63,976 nt of DNA, filler included, from Candidatus Nezhaarchaeota archaeon WYZ-LMO8 (GCA_004347965.1; 3 parts of 3 records of this genome joined end to end with filler, not necessarily neighbours in it); one strand, 5' to 3'. Counted from the whole stretch's first letter, positions 1 through 10,830 are shown. Notes: generated by a model not told the origin, from the letters alone. Made by a program: numbers and translations.

Positions 1-362
1 ACGTTTACTGAAATGAGGTCCCCATCCTCCACCTCCTTGGTTACTCCAGGACATGCTATTGCCGGTAAGCCGTTATTTATCGCGTTCCTGTAGAATATCC
101 TAGCAAAGGACTCAGCTACAACAACTCTTACTCCAGCAGCCTTTATGGCTATGGCTGCCTGCTCTCTCGATGAGCCCATTCCAAAAACCTTCCCAGCAAC
201 TATTATTGCTCCCTGAGCTTTCTTGTGGAATTCTGGATCTATTGATTCCAGAACGTGTTGAGCTAGGTATTGAGGGTCCGTCGACTTCAAGTACTTAGCT
301 GGTATTATTACGTCGGTGTCTATCTTGTCTCCCAACTTGATTACCTTGCCCTCGATTATCAT
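1..362 (-). CDS. leuD: 3-isopropylmalate/homoaconitate dehydratase small subunit (3' end outside window)
   Basis: Manual translation [30 protein letters not shown]...[10 protein letters not shown]...[16 protein letters not shown] has DTD and GSSRE motifs; ATGA overlap with the leuC stop; absent from the ORF track. Confidence 0.92.
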   Translation of the reverse strand, partial: MIIEGKVIKLGDKIDTDVIIPAKYLKSTDPQYLAQHVLESIDPEFHKKAQGAIIVAGKVFGMGSSREQAAIAIKAAGVRVVVAESFARIFYRNAINNGLPAIACPGVTKEVEDGDLISVN

Positions 363-1606
363 AGCACCTCACCCGGCTCAGCTATTCTACCAGCTATAGC
401 TGTAGCTGCAGCTACAGCTGGACCTGACAAATAAACTTTTGACTGTGGACTACCCATCCTACCTACGAAGTTTCTATTTGAAGTGGAAACTACAACCTCG
501 TTTGGTCCAGCTACTCCAAAGTGCCCTCCTATGCAGGGTCCACAGGTTCCATAAGTGACTACGCAACCTGCTTCGACGAGGGTCTGTATGTATCCTAGCT
601 CTAATGCCTTCTTGAAGACGCTCCAGGAAGCCGGTATGACTATGCACCTGGTCTTAACCTTCTTACCCCTCATTATCTTAGCAGCTATCTCGAGGTCGCT
701 TAACCTTCCATTGGTGCAGGATCCTATGAAGACCATGTCGACTTCAACGTTAGAGAGCTCTCGAACGCTCTTGACATTGTCAACGCTACTCGGTGCAGCC
801 ACTAGGAAGTCCACATTGTTTAGCTGGAGAGTGTACTCATCAACGTACTTCGCGCCTGGATCTGGCTTCTCGACCTTAGATAACTTCACGTTCCTCATAG
901 ATTCTATGTAGCTTCGAGTCACTTCATCTGGTATGAAGATTAGAGAGTCAGCATTCATCTCAATGCCCATGTTTGCCACGGTTAGCCTATAATCCATTGG
1001 GAATTTGCTGGGTTCATTAACAAAGACTTCTATTGACGTACCTACGAAGTAATCTGCCTTAAACACTCTAAGCAGCTCTAGTGAAACCTCCTTCCCTGTT
1101 ATCCACTGCCTTGGCTCACCATCCAGGACAAGCTTGAAGGGTTGGGGAACCGTTAGCCAAGTTCTACCAGTCATGACTATGGCGGCTACGTCACTTGCAC
1201 CCATTCCTTGAGCGAAGGCTCCAAGTGCTCCAGACGTTGAGGCGTGGCTGTCAGCGACTACAACAACTTGACCTGGCATGACATATCTTTCTACTAGGAC
1301 TTGGTGGAGAATTCCGTAGCCTACATCGTGGAAGTTTGGTAGCTTAAGCTCTCTCGCAAAGCTCCTCACTGCTTGCTGTATTTCGGCGCTTTTAACATCT
1401 GGTGGTGGCACTAGGTGATCGAACGCTACCACGAGGTTTTCAGGCTTGCTAACCTTCCTTGCTCCAACCTTATCCATGACCTCTATTACGTGGTAACCTG
1501 TTAGATCGTGGAAAGCTACTAGGTCAACCTCAACTTCGATCACATCACCTGGCGAGACGTCGGTTCCTGAGGCCCTGCTAAGTATCTTCTCAGTTAGGGT
1601 CTTCAT
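359..1606 (-). CDS. leuC: 3-isopropylmalate/homoaconitate dehydratase large subunit (aconitase family)
   Basis: [30 protein letters not shown] aconitase motifs; coupled to leuD. Confidence 0.93.
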   Translation of the reverse strand: MKTLTEKILSRASGTDVSPGDVIEVEVDLVAFHDLTGYHVIEVMDKVGARKVSKPENLVVAFDHLVPPPDVKSAEIQQAVRSFARELKLPNFHDVGYGILHQVLVERYVMPGQVVVVADSHASTSGALGAFAQGMGASDVAAIVMTGRTWLTVPQPFKLVLDGEPRQWITGKEVSLELLRVFKADYFVGTSIEVFVNEPSKFPMDYRLTVANMGIEMNADSLIFIPDEVTRSYIESMRNVKLSKVEKPDPGAKYVDEYTLQLNNVDFLVAAPSSVDNVKSVRELSNVEVDMVFIGSCTNGRLSDLEIAAKIMRGKKVKTRCIVIPASWSVFKKALELGYIQTLVEAGCVVTYGTCGPCIGGHFGVAGPNEVVVSTSNRNFVGRMGSPQSKVYLSGPAVAAATAIAGRIAEPGEVL

Positions 1607-1908
1607 GTCTCGACACCCAAAGTCACTGCTAGCATCCTTAGAGAGGATGTGGAATGCTATATAAGCCTAAAGATGCTTAGCATCAAGTACTTAAGTGTAA
1701 CTATCAGTTATTCGAGCTCGCTCCTCACAAGCTTCAAGAGCATCCAGCAGCCTTACCGTGACCTCAACGAGCACTATCGATGGTCGTCGAACGCTAAATT
1801 AGCCACTATATTAGGGTCTCTTGGTCGTGTTATTGGATGCTGCATTTTAACGCGTCCGCAACATACTTAAAGATTTCACGTTCCATAGTATGTGTTAAGG
1901 GGGAGATC

Positions 1909-2688
1909 ATGTCCGAATTTAAAACAATAATTTACGAAAAGAGAGGGAATGTGGCCTGGATAACTCTCAATCGTCCAGATAAGCTGAACGCGCAGAACAC
2001 TGAGATGCGGAGAGAATTGATACGAGCGCTTGAAGATGCTTGGAAGGACGATAACGTGCGCGTAGTGGTAATAACCGGTGCAGGTCGAGCTTTTAGTGCA
2101 GGAGCTGACATAAGCGAGTTCCCTATCTTAACTCCAGCTGACTTAGTAAAACGTGCTGAGATAATAAGGCCGTACGAGCTCATTCGTAATATGCCAAAGC
2201 CGGTGATAGCTGCTGTTAACGGCTTAGCACTTGGTGGAGGTTGCGAGCTGGCAATGTCATGCGACATAGTAATAGCATCGGAAGACGCACAATTTGGACA
2301 ACCAGAAGTGAGAGTTGGAGTCATACCAGGTGGTGGAGGTACACAAATCCTTCCAAGATTAGTAGGTGAGAAGATAGCGAAAGAAATGATCTTCACCGGG
2401 AAGTTTATATCAGCTCAAGAGGCTTACAGACTTGGCATGATTAACAAGGTAGTTCCTAGAGAGAAGTTAATGGAGGAGGTGAACAACATGGTCAATGAGC
2501 TTCTAAAGCAGAGCCCCATAATACTAGCTTTCGCTAAAATGGCTGTGAACAAGGCTTTAGAGACAACCTTAACTGAAGGGTTAAAGTGCGAAGTAGACCT
2601 GTTTAGACTATGCTTTAGCACGGAGGATCAAAAAGAGCTATCAAAAGCTTTCCTTGAGAAGAAACCACCGGCAATTAAGGGGAGATAA
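1909..2688 (+). CDS. Enoyl-CoA hydratase/crotonase
   Basis: AFSAGADI, ALGGGCEL, FGQPEVRVGVIPGGGG motifs; ATG at 1909 follows GGGGAG SD (ORF track start 1837 likely too long). Confidence 0.92.
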   Translation: MSEFKTIIYEKRGNVAWITLNRPDKLNAQNTEMRRELIRALEDAWKDDNVRVVVITGAGRAFSAGADISEFPILTPADLVKRAEIIRPYELIRNMPKPVIAAVNGLALGGGCELAMSCDIVIASEDAQFGQPEVRVGVIPGGGGTQILPRLVGEKIAKEMIFTGKFISAQEAYRLGMINKVVPREKLMEEVNNMVNELLKQSPIILAFAKMAVNKALETTLTEGLKCEVDLFRLCFSTEDQKELSKAFLEKKPPAIKGR

Positions 2689-3115
2689 CGAGGTTCTCTC
2701 TGATTTAGTAACTCTTCCTCTTTTAGTACAAGAATTGTTTGAAGAAATTGATAGCCCTTAGCATGCCTCCTTCTAAGGTTGTTACGACTACCGTAACCAT
2801 TACCATTACCTCGAACTTCTTTCCCTGATATTACTTGCTAGTTTAAGATGAGCCAGGCTTTTGCACGACCAGTCACCTTAACACCTTAACCACTTGACAT
2901 CATTCTTCAACACCCTGACTGTACGCTCAATGCTGCTACTCTTGGAATACTTATTCTCAATATCTTCTCAAGACTTAGTAAGTAGCACCATGATAGCTAT
3001 TAAGGCGCTTCATATTCTTCCTGAGTTCTAAACACTCAACACAAAACACTTATATGGTCAAGCTTCAATACCAAAATTGCAAGGTTGAGTCGTTATACGA
3101 GGAGCAGGAAACTCT

Positions 3116-3577
3116 ATGAGTGAAAGTGAACCTCTTCCTAGTTTCAAAATAGGTGAAAAAGTTGTTTCACCTGGTAGGACAATAACGGAAACTGATATAG
3201 TAATGTTTGCAGCTCTCTCAGGTGATTGGACAGAGCTTCATACAAATGCTGAATACATGAAGCACACGATCTTCGGTCAAAGAATAGCTCATGGATTACT
3301 AACTTTGAGCGTAGCTTCTGGATTGGCATTACGAGCACGAAGAGAGCCCCTAGAGGTCATAGCGTTCTTAGGAATGGATAATGTGAGGTTTACAGCTCCC
3401 GTATTCATAGGTGATACAATAAGGGTTGAGTCAGAGCTTATTGAGGCAAGACCAAGTAAGAGCAGGCCAGGTGCGGGAATAGTGAAGTTTAGGAACTATG
3501 TGAAAAATCAAAGAGATGAAGTTGTAGCAACTTACGAGACTACATTAATGATACGCATACGAGCTGAAGGTCAATAG
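3116..3577 (+). CDS. MaoC-family (R)-specific enoyl-CoA hydratase/dehydratase
   Basis: FAALSGDWTELH...IAHG hydratase-2 motif, FTAPVFIGDT. Confidence 0.9.
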   Translation: MSESEPLPSFKIGEKVVSPGRTITETDIVMFAALSGDWTELHTNAEYMKHTIFGQRIAHGLLTLSVASGLALRARREPLEVIAFLGMDNVRFTAPVFIGDTIRVESELIEARPSKSRPGAGIVKFRNYVKNQRDEVVATYETTLMIRIRAEGQ

Positions 3578-3844
3578 ATTGACAGTACGCAAACTTCACA
3601 GCATTACTACGCATCATGTTACTCGAAGAGCCTACTTGATGTCATTAGTTTTTTGAGCTGAAGACTCCCGACTAACCTCTCAAGTAGGTAGATCTTCTAG
3701 ACAGCTACCGTCTTCCACTTAAAAGCTCTTCCAAGTCTCTCAAATGCTCCGACAACATTTCAATAATGTTTAGCACGTTTTTAACTAGCCAGTAACCCAT
3801 GAGCATTATGAAGTGAAGGTCATGCATCTTTTTATTACTATTAA

Positions 3845-3862
3845 TGGTGTTACTTAACACCA
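3845..3862. promoter_or_regulatory. Palindromic operator candidate TGGTGTTA-CT-TAACACCA upstream of the fmdE-ABC operon
   Basis: Perfect 8-bp inverted repeat with 2-bp spacer ~35 bp upstream of the first ATG, flanked by TTATTACTA direct repeats (3832-3840, 3869-3877). Confidence 0.45.
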
Positions 3863-3896
3863 AAAAAGTTATTACTAAAAACTGAAAATTATAGGA

Positions 3897-4580
3897 ATGG
3901 CTGGAATTATGGTGGATCAAGCCCTAATAGCGAAAGCTAAGAACCTACACGGGCATGTGTGTCCGTTCTTAGTTCTTGGCTTAAGAGCTTCTGAGATTGC
4001 TATGAAGAAGCTCGGTGTTGAAAGAGCTGGAGAGTCTGAGACTGTTAGCGAAGATCTTTTAGCCATAGTTGAGTGCAACAACTGCTTTACTGATGGCGTT
4101 CAAGTTGCAACTGGCTGTACTCTAGGAAATAACTGTCTCATCTACTTGGATCTAGGAAAGAACGCAATCACCCTGGTTAGAAGGAGTGACTGGATAGGTG
4201 TGAGGGTATACGTAGATGGAGAGAGACTATTTGCTAAGTACTTCAACGAAGAAGCGATGAAGCTCTTCGAGAAGGTAGTTGTAAAGAGGGAGGGAACAGC
4301 AGATGATGTCAAGAGATTGCGGGAGATGTGGAGCCAGATAGCTTACTCTCTAAGCAACATGCCTGAAGAGGAGTTCAAGATAGAGGAGGTTAAGGTAACT
4401 GAAGTTGAAAGAGCGCCAATCTTTGAGAGCATTCGATGCGAAAAGTGTGGCGAGCTGGCCATGAAGACCCGCGTGGAGATCGTTAACGGGAAAGCTATGT
4501 GCTTAAGCTGCTTAGGTGAGTGCAATGCCGTTGTTGGAAGAGGAATAATTTCGAGATTTAAGGTCCCATATGCTAGGTGA
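3897..4580 (+). CDS. FmdE/FwdE-family protein with C-terminal Zn finger
   Basis: HGHVCP, ECNNCFTDGVQVATGCTLG, C-terminal CEKCGE...CLSC. Confidence 0.9.
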   Translation: MAGIMVDQALIAKAKNLHGHVCPFLVLGLRASEIAMKKLGVERAGESETVSEDLLAIVECNNCFTDGVQVATGCTLGNNCLIYLDLGKNAITLVRRSDWIGVRVYVDGERLFAKYFNEEAMKLFEKVVVKREGTADDVKRLREMWSQIAYSLSNMPEEEFKIEEVKVTEVERAPIFESIRCEKCGELAMKTRVEIVNGKAMCLSCLGECNAVVGRGIISRFKVPYAR

Positions 4581-5761
4581 TGTCTATGAGGAGGGGTATA
4601 ACCAAGCTTCAAGCCATAGCATTGATGATTATAATGGTCGCAGCTATAGCTCTCACGGTCACCTTTGGTCTTAATAGCCAGCTCTATTCGACAGGTCCAA
4701 GCACATCGACTCACCAATTCGACCAGGCTCCAGCTAGAGCTAGTTACGTAATCGACTTCATGGGTAGAAACGTGACCATACCGGAGAACGTAACCCGCAT
4801 AGTAGCCATAGGTCCTGGAGCACTTCGATTAGTCTGTTACTTAAAAGCTGTCGACCTGCTGGTAGGAGTTGAGGAAAGTGAGATCAAGTGGGGATTTGTT
4901 GGGAGAGACTACGCCATGGCCTATGGAGAAGCCTTTGAGAGCCTTCAGATAATAGGTCCTGGAGGTCCTGGCAAACCTCCAAATCCAGAACTGATACTGC
5001 AAGCAAAACCGGACCTCATAATCATGAGCCGGGCCTACGCTGAGATGTATGATCCAGATAGGCTTGAGAGTGAGACCAAAGCCAAAGTCGTCGTGGTAGA
5101 CTATGGTGAAGCAGGTTACTTGGACGTTGACGGGTTGGCTAAAGCACTGAGAATGCTTGGCTTGGTGTTGAATAGGAGCGAGAGAGCTGAAGAGCTGATA
5201 AGGTATGTGAACAGTATAGTTGAGGATTTAAGCACTAGAACCGAGAAGATAGCGGAGAGACCTAAGGTCTACGTGGGCGCGATATCCTATAGAGGTCCTC
5301 AACCATTCACTACAACTCAAGTTGCTTTTCCGCCGCTTAAGCTGCTACACACTCCATCGATTGCCGACAAGTACTCAGATAAACCTGGAGTCCTATTCTG
5401 GAGCTTTGAGACGATATTGCTTGAGCAACCAGATGTGGTGTTCATAGATCAGGGCAACTTAGCTACAGTACTTAGCGACTTTGGAAAGGATCCATCTAAA
5501 TACTTACAGTTAAAAGCGTTTAGAGATGGTAACGTCTATGGGATCATACCATACAACTACTATCACACTAACGTAGCAACAGCTTTAGCGAACGCTTACT
5601 ACATGGGTAAGGTTCTGTACCCAAAGAGCTTTGAAGGTGTTGACCCAGAGAAGAAGGCTGACGAGATATTTACGGTCTTCGTTGGGAAGCCAATATATCA
5701 ACTGTATAAAGAGGGGTATGGGGGCTTCAGAAACCTATCCGGCTTGTTCAAGGTGCCATAG
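4577..5761 (+). CDS. ABC transporter substrate-binding protein, iron-chelate/cobalamin class
   Basis: N-terminal TM anchor, DFMGRNVTIP..RIVAIGPG, PELIL..KPDLII; in operon with FecCD permease. Confidence 0.88.
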   Translation: MMSMRRGITKLQAIALMIIMVAAIALTVTFGLNSQLYSTGPSTSTHQFDQAPARASYVIDFMGRNVTIPENVTRIVAIGPGALRLVCYLKAVDLLVGVEESEIKWGFVGRDYAMAYGEAFESLQIIGPGGPGKPPNPELILQAKPDLIIMSRAYAEMYDPDRLESETKAKVVVVDYGEAGYLDVDGLAKALRMLGLVLNRSERAEELIRYVNSIVEDLSTRTEKIAERPKVYVGAISYRGPQPFTTTQVAFPPLKLLHTPSIADKYSDKPGVLFWSFETILLEQPDVVFIDQGNLATVLSDFGKDPSKYLQLKAFRDGNVYGIIPYNYYHTNVATALANAYYMGKVLYPKSFEGVDPEKKADEIFTVFVGKPIYQLYKEGYGGFRNLSGLFKVP

Positions 5762-5763
5762 CG

Positions 5764-6813
5764 TTGCCCCTAGTAACATCGAAAAGTGGCAAGCGGCTCA
5801 TCTTAATCTCTTTAACATTTTTTGTTCTCCTCCTTATCCCAACATCAATCTCCCTGGGTTTATATAAGGCCTCATTTATGGACGTTATCCGCGCATTACT
5901 AATGCCGAGCGACGACATGCTATCAACTGTAATCTGGGATTTAAGGCTTAGAAGGGTTTTAGCTGGAATAATTATAGGAGCAATTCTAGGTGGAGCTGGG
6001 ACAGCAATTCAAGCTTGTATGAGAAATCCACTGGCCTCTCCCTTCACCTTCGGCTTATCCTTTGCAGCCTCTCTAGGGGTTGCTATTGCTCTACTAGCTC
6101 TGCATGGAGGAGGTATTCAAAGGTATCAAATCACGATTTACAACCCCTTCGTGGTCTCAATGTTCGCCTTCATATTCTCTTTAATTCAAGTGGCTTTAGT
6201 ACTAACTCTGGCCTACAAAGCTGGGCTTAGCGCGGGCTCTCTTGTGCTCTCAGCTATTGCTACTTCCTTCGCTTATCAAGCCATACTCTATTTAATACAA
6301 TACTTCTACCTCAATGAGATCATGGTGTCTACGGTGATCTTTTGGACCTTCGGGGATCTCGGTAGGATTTCATGGCTTGAGCTCAATATTGTGAGCGTTG
6401 TTGCCTTTACGATAGTCATCCCCTACTTCACACTTAGGAGCTTGGATTACGACCTCATCTTAAGTGGAGATGAATTAGCTAAGTCGTCGGGGGTAAGTCC
6501 TCAGAGACTTAGGCTCGAGACCATCATCGTAGCTGCTTTAGCTACCGCTCTCGCAACATCGTTTGTAGGCGTCATAGGTTTTGTTTGTCTTGCCGCTCCT
6601 CACGTAGCTAGGCTAATCGTTGGAAGTGGCCATAGATACTTAATACCAGCTTCGATGCTATTCGGCTCAATACTCTTAACCTCCTCAGATACCATTGGTA
6701 GAGCTATTATAGCTCCAACGGTAATCCCTGTTGGAATAATGACGTCCCTCATAGGAGCTCCTCTACTCGTCTACCTCCTTCTTGGGGCGAGAGGTCGTGG
6801 TTATAGAGATTAG
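5764..6813 (+). CDS. FecCD/BtuC-family ABC permease
   Basis: LRLRR, MRNPLASPFTFG, GVIGFVCLAAPH, IPVGIMTSLIGAP; TTG start. Confidence 0.92.
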   Translation: MPLVTSKSGKRLILISLTFFVLLLIPTSISLGLYKASFMDVIRALLMPSDDMLSTVIWDLRLRRVLAGIIIGAILGGAGTAIQACMRNPLASPFTFGLSFAASLGVAIALLALHGGGIQRYQITIYNPFVVSMFAFIFSLIQVALVLTLAYKAGLSAGSLVLSAIATSFAYQAILYLIQYFYLNEIMVSTVIFWTFGDLGRISWLELNIVSVVAFTIVIPYFTLRSLDYDLILSGDELAKSSGVSPQRLRLETIIVAALATALATSFVGVIGFVCLAAPHVARLIVGSGHRYLIPASMLFGSILLTSSDTIGRAIIAPTVIPVGIMTSLIGAPLLVYLLLGARGRGYRD

Positions 6814-7558
6814 CGTTAGAGACGTTAAGGTATATTATCGAAGCATTAAGGCCTTAGACGGCGTCTCAATAAGCGTAAATGGAGGTGAAGTACTTTCAAT
6901 CCTAGGACCTAATGGTGCTGGTAAGAGTACGCTTTTGAAGGTAATCAATGGAGTTTTAAGACCTGTGATGGGTGTTGTCTACATAGACAATAAGAATTTA
7001 CTTAAAATTCCTAGAAGAGAATTAGCAAGGAGAATCGGTATTGTACCTCAAAGAGTACACTTAGCAACGCTACTATCAGTCTACGACTTCGTTATGACTG
7101 GAAGAAGATCGTACATAAATCTATTTCCCACAAAAATTGATGAAGAGAAAGTTTACGAGGCTCTGAAAGTTGTTGGTGCCCTCGAGCTAGCTAACAGAAG
7201 TTTGGATGAATTAAGTGGAGGAGAACTTCAAAGAGTCGTCATTGCTAGAGCATTAGCTGGAGAGCCAGAAGTTCTATTGCTAGATGAACCTACAAATAAC
7301 CTAGACCTTAAATATCAAATCGAGGTCCTGAATTTAATAAGGTCGTTGCGATCGAGAGGTCTAACGATAATAGTTGCGCTACACGACCTCACTCAAGCAT
7401 TTAGGATATCAGATAAAGTCCTGCTCTTAAAGGGAGGTAGAGTGTACGCTGTCGGGAGACCTGAAGAGGTTTTGAAGCCAGAGGTGATCTTTGAAGTTTA
7501 TGGCGTTCCAACAATTGTTATCAGAGAACATAAGATAATAGCACCATTATTTCAATAG
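6782..7558 (+). CDS. ABC ATPase, FepC/BtuD type
   Basis: GPNGAGKS, LSGGELQR, LLLDEPT, LHDL; true start may be a few codons downstream. Confidence 0.93.
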   Translation: MGREVVVIEISVRDVKVYYRSIKALDGVSISVNGGEVLSILGPNGAGKSTLLKVINGVLRPVMGVVYIDNKNLLKIPRRELARRIGIVPQRVHLATLLSVYDFVMTGRRSYINLFPTKIDEEKVYEALKVVGALELANRSLDELSGGELQRVVIARALAGEPEVLLLDEPTNNLDLKYQIEVLNLIRSLRSRGLTIIVALHDLTQAFRISDKVLLLKGGRVYAVGRPEEVLKPEVIFEVYGVPTIVIREHKIIAPLFQ

Positions 7559-7725
7559 CCACAATCAATAGCATCAGCCTTCATGACTTGAAAATACATT
7601 ATCTCAAGATCATGCGGATCGTGGGCTGTGAAGACTGGAAAGGGTAAACTCACTTAATAATGCTAGCACTAATCGGATTAATGAGAAGTGAGCACCTTAA
7701 GAAGTAATAGTCTTAGTCTCTAGGG

Positions 7726-8328
7726 GTGAGGATTATGAGGATCTTAAAGGCATGGTCGAAGATTGTAATCTTCATAGCCGGGCTTATCTGTGGAATGCTC
7801 ATTTACGCTTTAACGGTCTCCGAAGTACCTCAACAACCACATGAGGTCTATAGTGGCGGGGCAGGATTACAAATCCACGTGCTCTTAGACAGAGACTATT
7901 ACCACTCATTACTTGCTGATCTGAGGAATTCAACTAAAAGTGTGAAGGTCGTCATGTACTCCATGATTTACGACGAGAAAGATCACTTTGACTGGGCTAA
8001 CGACTTGATAAGAGAGCTCGTAAATGCAAAACAGAGAGGTGTAGATGTTAGGGTGGTCATTGAGTACAGAACGTATTACGGGTACATGAATGACAACCTC
8101 CCAGCTTACGATTACCTTACATCTCACGGTGTTTACGTTAAGTTAGACAACGAGACAGATACAGATCACTTAAAGCTCGTGCTGATTGACGATGAAGTAG
8201 TGTACATAGGATCACACAATTGGAGTGAGTCAGCGCTTTACTACAATCGAGAAGCATCAGTCAAAATAATTAGCAAAGAGGTTGCAAATATCTTCATCGA
8301 TTACTTGAAGAGAAATTATGGTATATGA
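7726..8328 (+). CDS. Membrane-anchored phospholipase D/Nuc-family protein (single HKD)
   Basis: N-terminal TM helix; HLKLVLIDD...GSHNWS..N.E motif. Confidence 0.85.
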   Translation: MRIMRILKAWSKIVIFIAGLICGMLIYALTVSEVPQQPHEVYSGGAGLQIHVLLDRDYYHSLLADLRNSTKSVKVVMYSMIYDEKDHFDWANDLIRELVNAKQRGVDVRVVIEYRTYYGYMNDNLPAYDYLTSHGVYVKLDNETDTDHLKLVLIDDEVVYIGSHNWSESALYYNREASVKIISKEVANIFIDYLKRNYGI

Positions 8329-8396
8329 TCAGTGAACTCCTTAGAATATGCAAACTTTAACTGTTCCTTAGTTTAACTTTGTATCGGGGTTGATGG

Positions 8397-9575
8397 TTGC
8401 CTCTAGACTTTTACATGGTTGATGAACTTTTAAGCGAGGAAGAGCGCTTGATAAGAGATACCGTGAGAAGCTTCCTTAGAAAGGAGATTGCACCTCTAGT
8501 AGTAGACGCGTGGCATAAAGAGGAACCTCTCGACGTGAGAATGATTGCTAAGAAGTTCGGAGAGCTTGGAATGCTTGGAAGCTTCATACCGCAAGACTAT
8601 GGATGTCCAGGCATGAACTACACATCTTTCGGCTTAATATGCCAAGAAGTTGAGAGCATTGATAGCGCGCTTAGGAGCTTTGTTGCCGTTACGTCTGGTT
8701 TAGTCATGTACCCTATATGGCAGTATGGAAGTGAAGAACAGAAAAGGAAGTACCTGCCAAAGCTTGCACGTGGAGAAATAATAGGTTGCTTCGGCATGAC
8801 TGAGCCTAATGTTGGAAGTGACCCTGCCAGTATGGAGACGACAGCGAAGAGACAAGGAGGTGAATGGATACTAAATGGAACAAAGACTTGGATAAGCGAG
8901 GCTGGAGTCGCTGACATAGCAATTGTATGGGCTAAAGACGTTGAAGACAAGAAGGTAAAGGGCTTCATAGTTGAGAGAGGGACTCCAGGCTTTGAGCAGA
9001 CATCCATAATTAAGAAGGGCTCCATGAGGGCTGGAGACGTAGGAGAGCTTCATCTATCTGACTGCAAGGTTCCAGAGGAGAATAGACTCCCAAAAGCTAC
9101 TGGGTTAAGAGCAGCATTAAGCTGTCTAGATCAAGCCAGGTTTGGGATTGCTTGGGGCGCTATTGGGGCAGCTATTGACTGCTACAAGACGGCTTTGGAG
9201 TACGCTAAGAATAGAAAGCAATTTGGAGCACCAATAGCCTCATACCAATTGATCCAGGAAAAGCTAGTTGAAATGCTTACAGAGATAACTAAAGGTCAGC
9301 TTGTAGCATGGCGCTTAGGTAGGCTTATGGATGCTGGGAAGGCTACACCGGAGCAGATATCATTCGCTAAGAGGAACAACGTCCGAGTGGCAAGATTTTG
9401 TGCTAGAACTGCTAGGGAGATTCTGGGTGCAAATGGCATAAGTCTCGATTACTCACCAATAAGGCACATGGCTAATATAGAGAGCGTTTACACTTACGAG
9501 GGAACCGATGACATACACACCCTCATATTAGGAAGGTACATCACCGGGATACAGGCCTTCAGAAGGGAAATGTGA
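8397..9575 (+). CDS. gcdH: Acyl-CoA dehydrogenase, glutaryl-CoA dehydrogenase-like
   Basis: GCFGMTEPNVGSDP, LNGTKTWIS, DSALRS, RKQFG, TYEGTDDIHTLILGR closely match GCDH. Confidence 0.8.
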   Translation: MPLDFYMVDELLSEEERLIRDTVRSFLRKEIAPLVVDAWHKEEPLDVRMIAKKFGELGMLGSFIPQDYGCPGMNYTSFGLICQEVESIDSALRSFVAVTSGLVMYPIWQYGSEEQKRKYLPKLARGEIIGCFGMTEPNVGSDPASMETTAKRQGGEWILNGTKTWISEAGVADIAIVWAKDVEDKKVKGFIVERGTPGFEQTSIIKKGSMRAGDVGELHLSDCKVPEENRLPKATGLRAALSCLDQARFGIAWGAIGAAIDCYKTALEYAKNRKQFGAPIASYQLIQEKLVEMLTEITKGQLVAWRLGRLMDAGKATPEQISFAKRNNVRVARFCARTAREILGANGISLDYSPIRHMANIESVYTYEGTDDIHTLILGRYITGIQAFRREM

Positions 9576-9648
9576 AGGGACTAGAACTACAAGCTTTCAA
9601 ACTGTGGTGGAACTAAGGTGAGGGGCATTGCGAACATTAAGGTGGTAA

Positions 9649-10830
9649 GTGGAGGTGGATCTAGGCCTATTTGTGGTGAACCCAAGCATTAGAGTTAGCC
9701 CGTACTGCTACTCCATATTTAGAGTAGAGAGCTACTCTTCTTGCGAATATGAGTGCGTCTATTGCTTTGGACGATGGTATAGAAAGGGAGAGCAAGGCGA
9801 AAGATGGCATGACGTCCTGTGGAGCTTCAAAAGGCTACTTCGGCTTCTAAAGAACGCTAACTTAAAGAGCATCCCTTTCAGGTTATCCACCCTCGTAGAT
9901 CCATTTCAACCGAGAGAGGAGAAGCTTAGAATCAGCATGAAGATAATGAAGCTCTGCCTTAAGTACGACGTACCGCTGATAATAAACACCAAATCCACCA
10001 TGTTGTTGAGCAGCGAGTACCTAGCGATTCTACGCTGTCTAAACGCCGAAGGGTTAGTGATCGCTCAAATATCAATCTCAACAGCGAGTAGAGGTTTAGC
10101 GCAATCTCTTGAACCCAAAGCTCCAGCACCTGAGGCTAGATTTGATGTTGCTCGAAAGCTATCAGAAGAAGGGATACCAGTGGTTATTAGGTTTCAGCCA
10201 TTCATACCTGGAATAAGCGATCACGAGATTGAGGGGATAATCGAGAAGGCGTATAGTAGCGGTGTAAAACATGTAATCGTAGAGTCGCTTAGAGATGAGG
10301 CTGAGCGTTTAGGCTTCTATCGAGGTCTAGCCTATGATCAAACAATATATGAGCATATGAATGAATGGGAACCCTACTCCTCAGCTGAGGAGCCGAGAGT
10401 TCTCCGTCCAAGTGAGCAGTGGAGAAGAAGCGTCTACTTAAGAGTTAAGAAGTTTTGCGATAAGTATGGAATAAAGTTTGCTACATGCAAGGAAGGGCTT
10501 TACGATTACCACACGGCTGATGATTGTTGTGGAATGTACATGTTAAATGGGGAGAAGTACGTTTTAAGGCCCACACTCTTTGAAGCATGGAAGTATTATA
10601 AGAGGAGGGGCTATGTTCCTAAATTTGATGAACTTGTAAAGGAGCTTCCAAATACTTACTTATCCGGCGATGCGGTAGGGCGCTATCCAAAGCCCTTGAG
10701 GAAGAAGATGGCCTCCCACGAGAAGATCTTAATTAAAGTCCTTAATGAAAGGGTAGTGAACTTAAACCCTGTTAACTGCTATGATCCTACTCTGAATGAC
10801 CTTAGTCTCCACAATAACCTTAAGCTATAA
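9649..10830 (+). CDS. Radical SAM protein, SplB-like (archaeal)
   Basis: CEYECVYC motif, DPFQP.E, INTKS, LEPKAP...RF, RFQPFIPG. Confidence 0.8.
   Translation: MEVDLGLFVVNPSIRVSPYCYSIFRVESYSSCEYECVYCFGRWYRKGEQGERWHDVLWSFKRLLRLLKNANLKSIPFRLSTLVDPFQPREEKLRISMKIMKLCLKYDVPLIINTKSTMLLSSEYLAILRCLNAEGLVIAQISISTASRGLAQSLEPKAPAPEARFDVARKLSEEGIPVVIRFQPFIPGISDHEIEGIIEKAYSSGVKHVIVESLRDEAERLGFYRGLAYDQTIYEHMNEWEPYSSAEEPRVLRPSEQWRRSVYLRVKKFCDKYGIKFATCKEGLYDYHTADDCCGMYMLNGEKYVLRPTLFEAWKYYKRRGYVPKFDELVKELPNTYLSGDAVGRYPKPLRKKMASHEKILIKVLNERVVNLNPVNCYDPTLNDLSLHNNLKL

Noticed and set aside
2700..3050. Intergenic stretch with coding-like composition on the minus strand
   Set aside because: Interrupted by stops and no recognisable protein fragments, so a pseudogene call is unsupported
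3897..4580. FmdE as evidence of formylmethanofuran dehydrogenase or methanogenesis
   Set aside because: No catalytic fmd/fwd subunits nearby; context is a metal-chelate ABC operon
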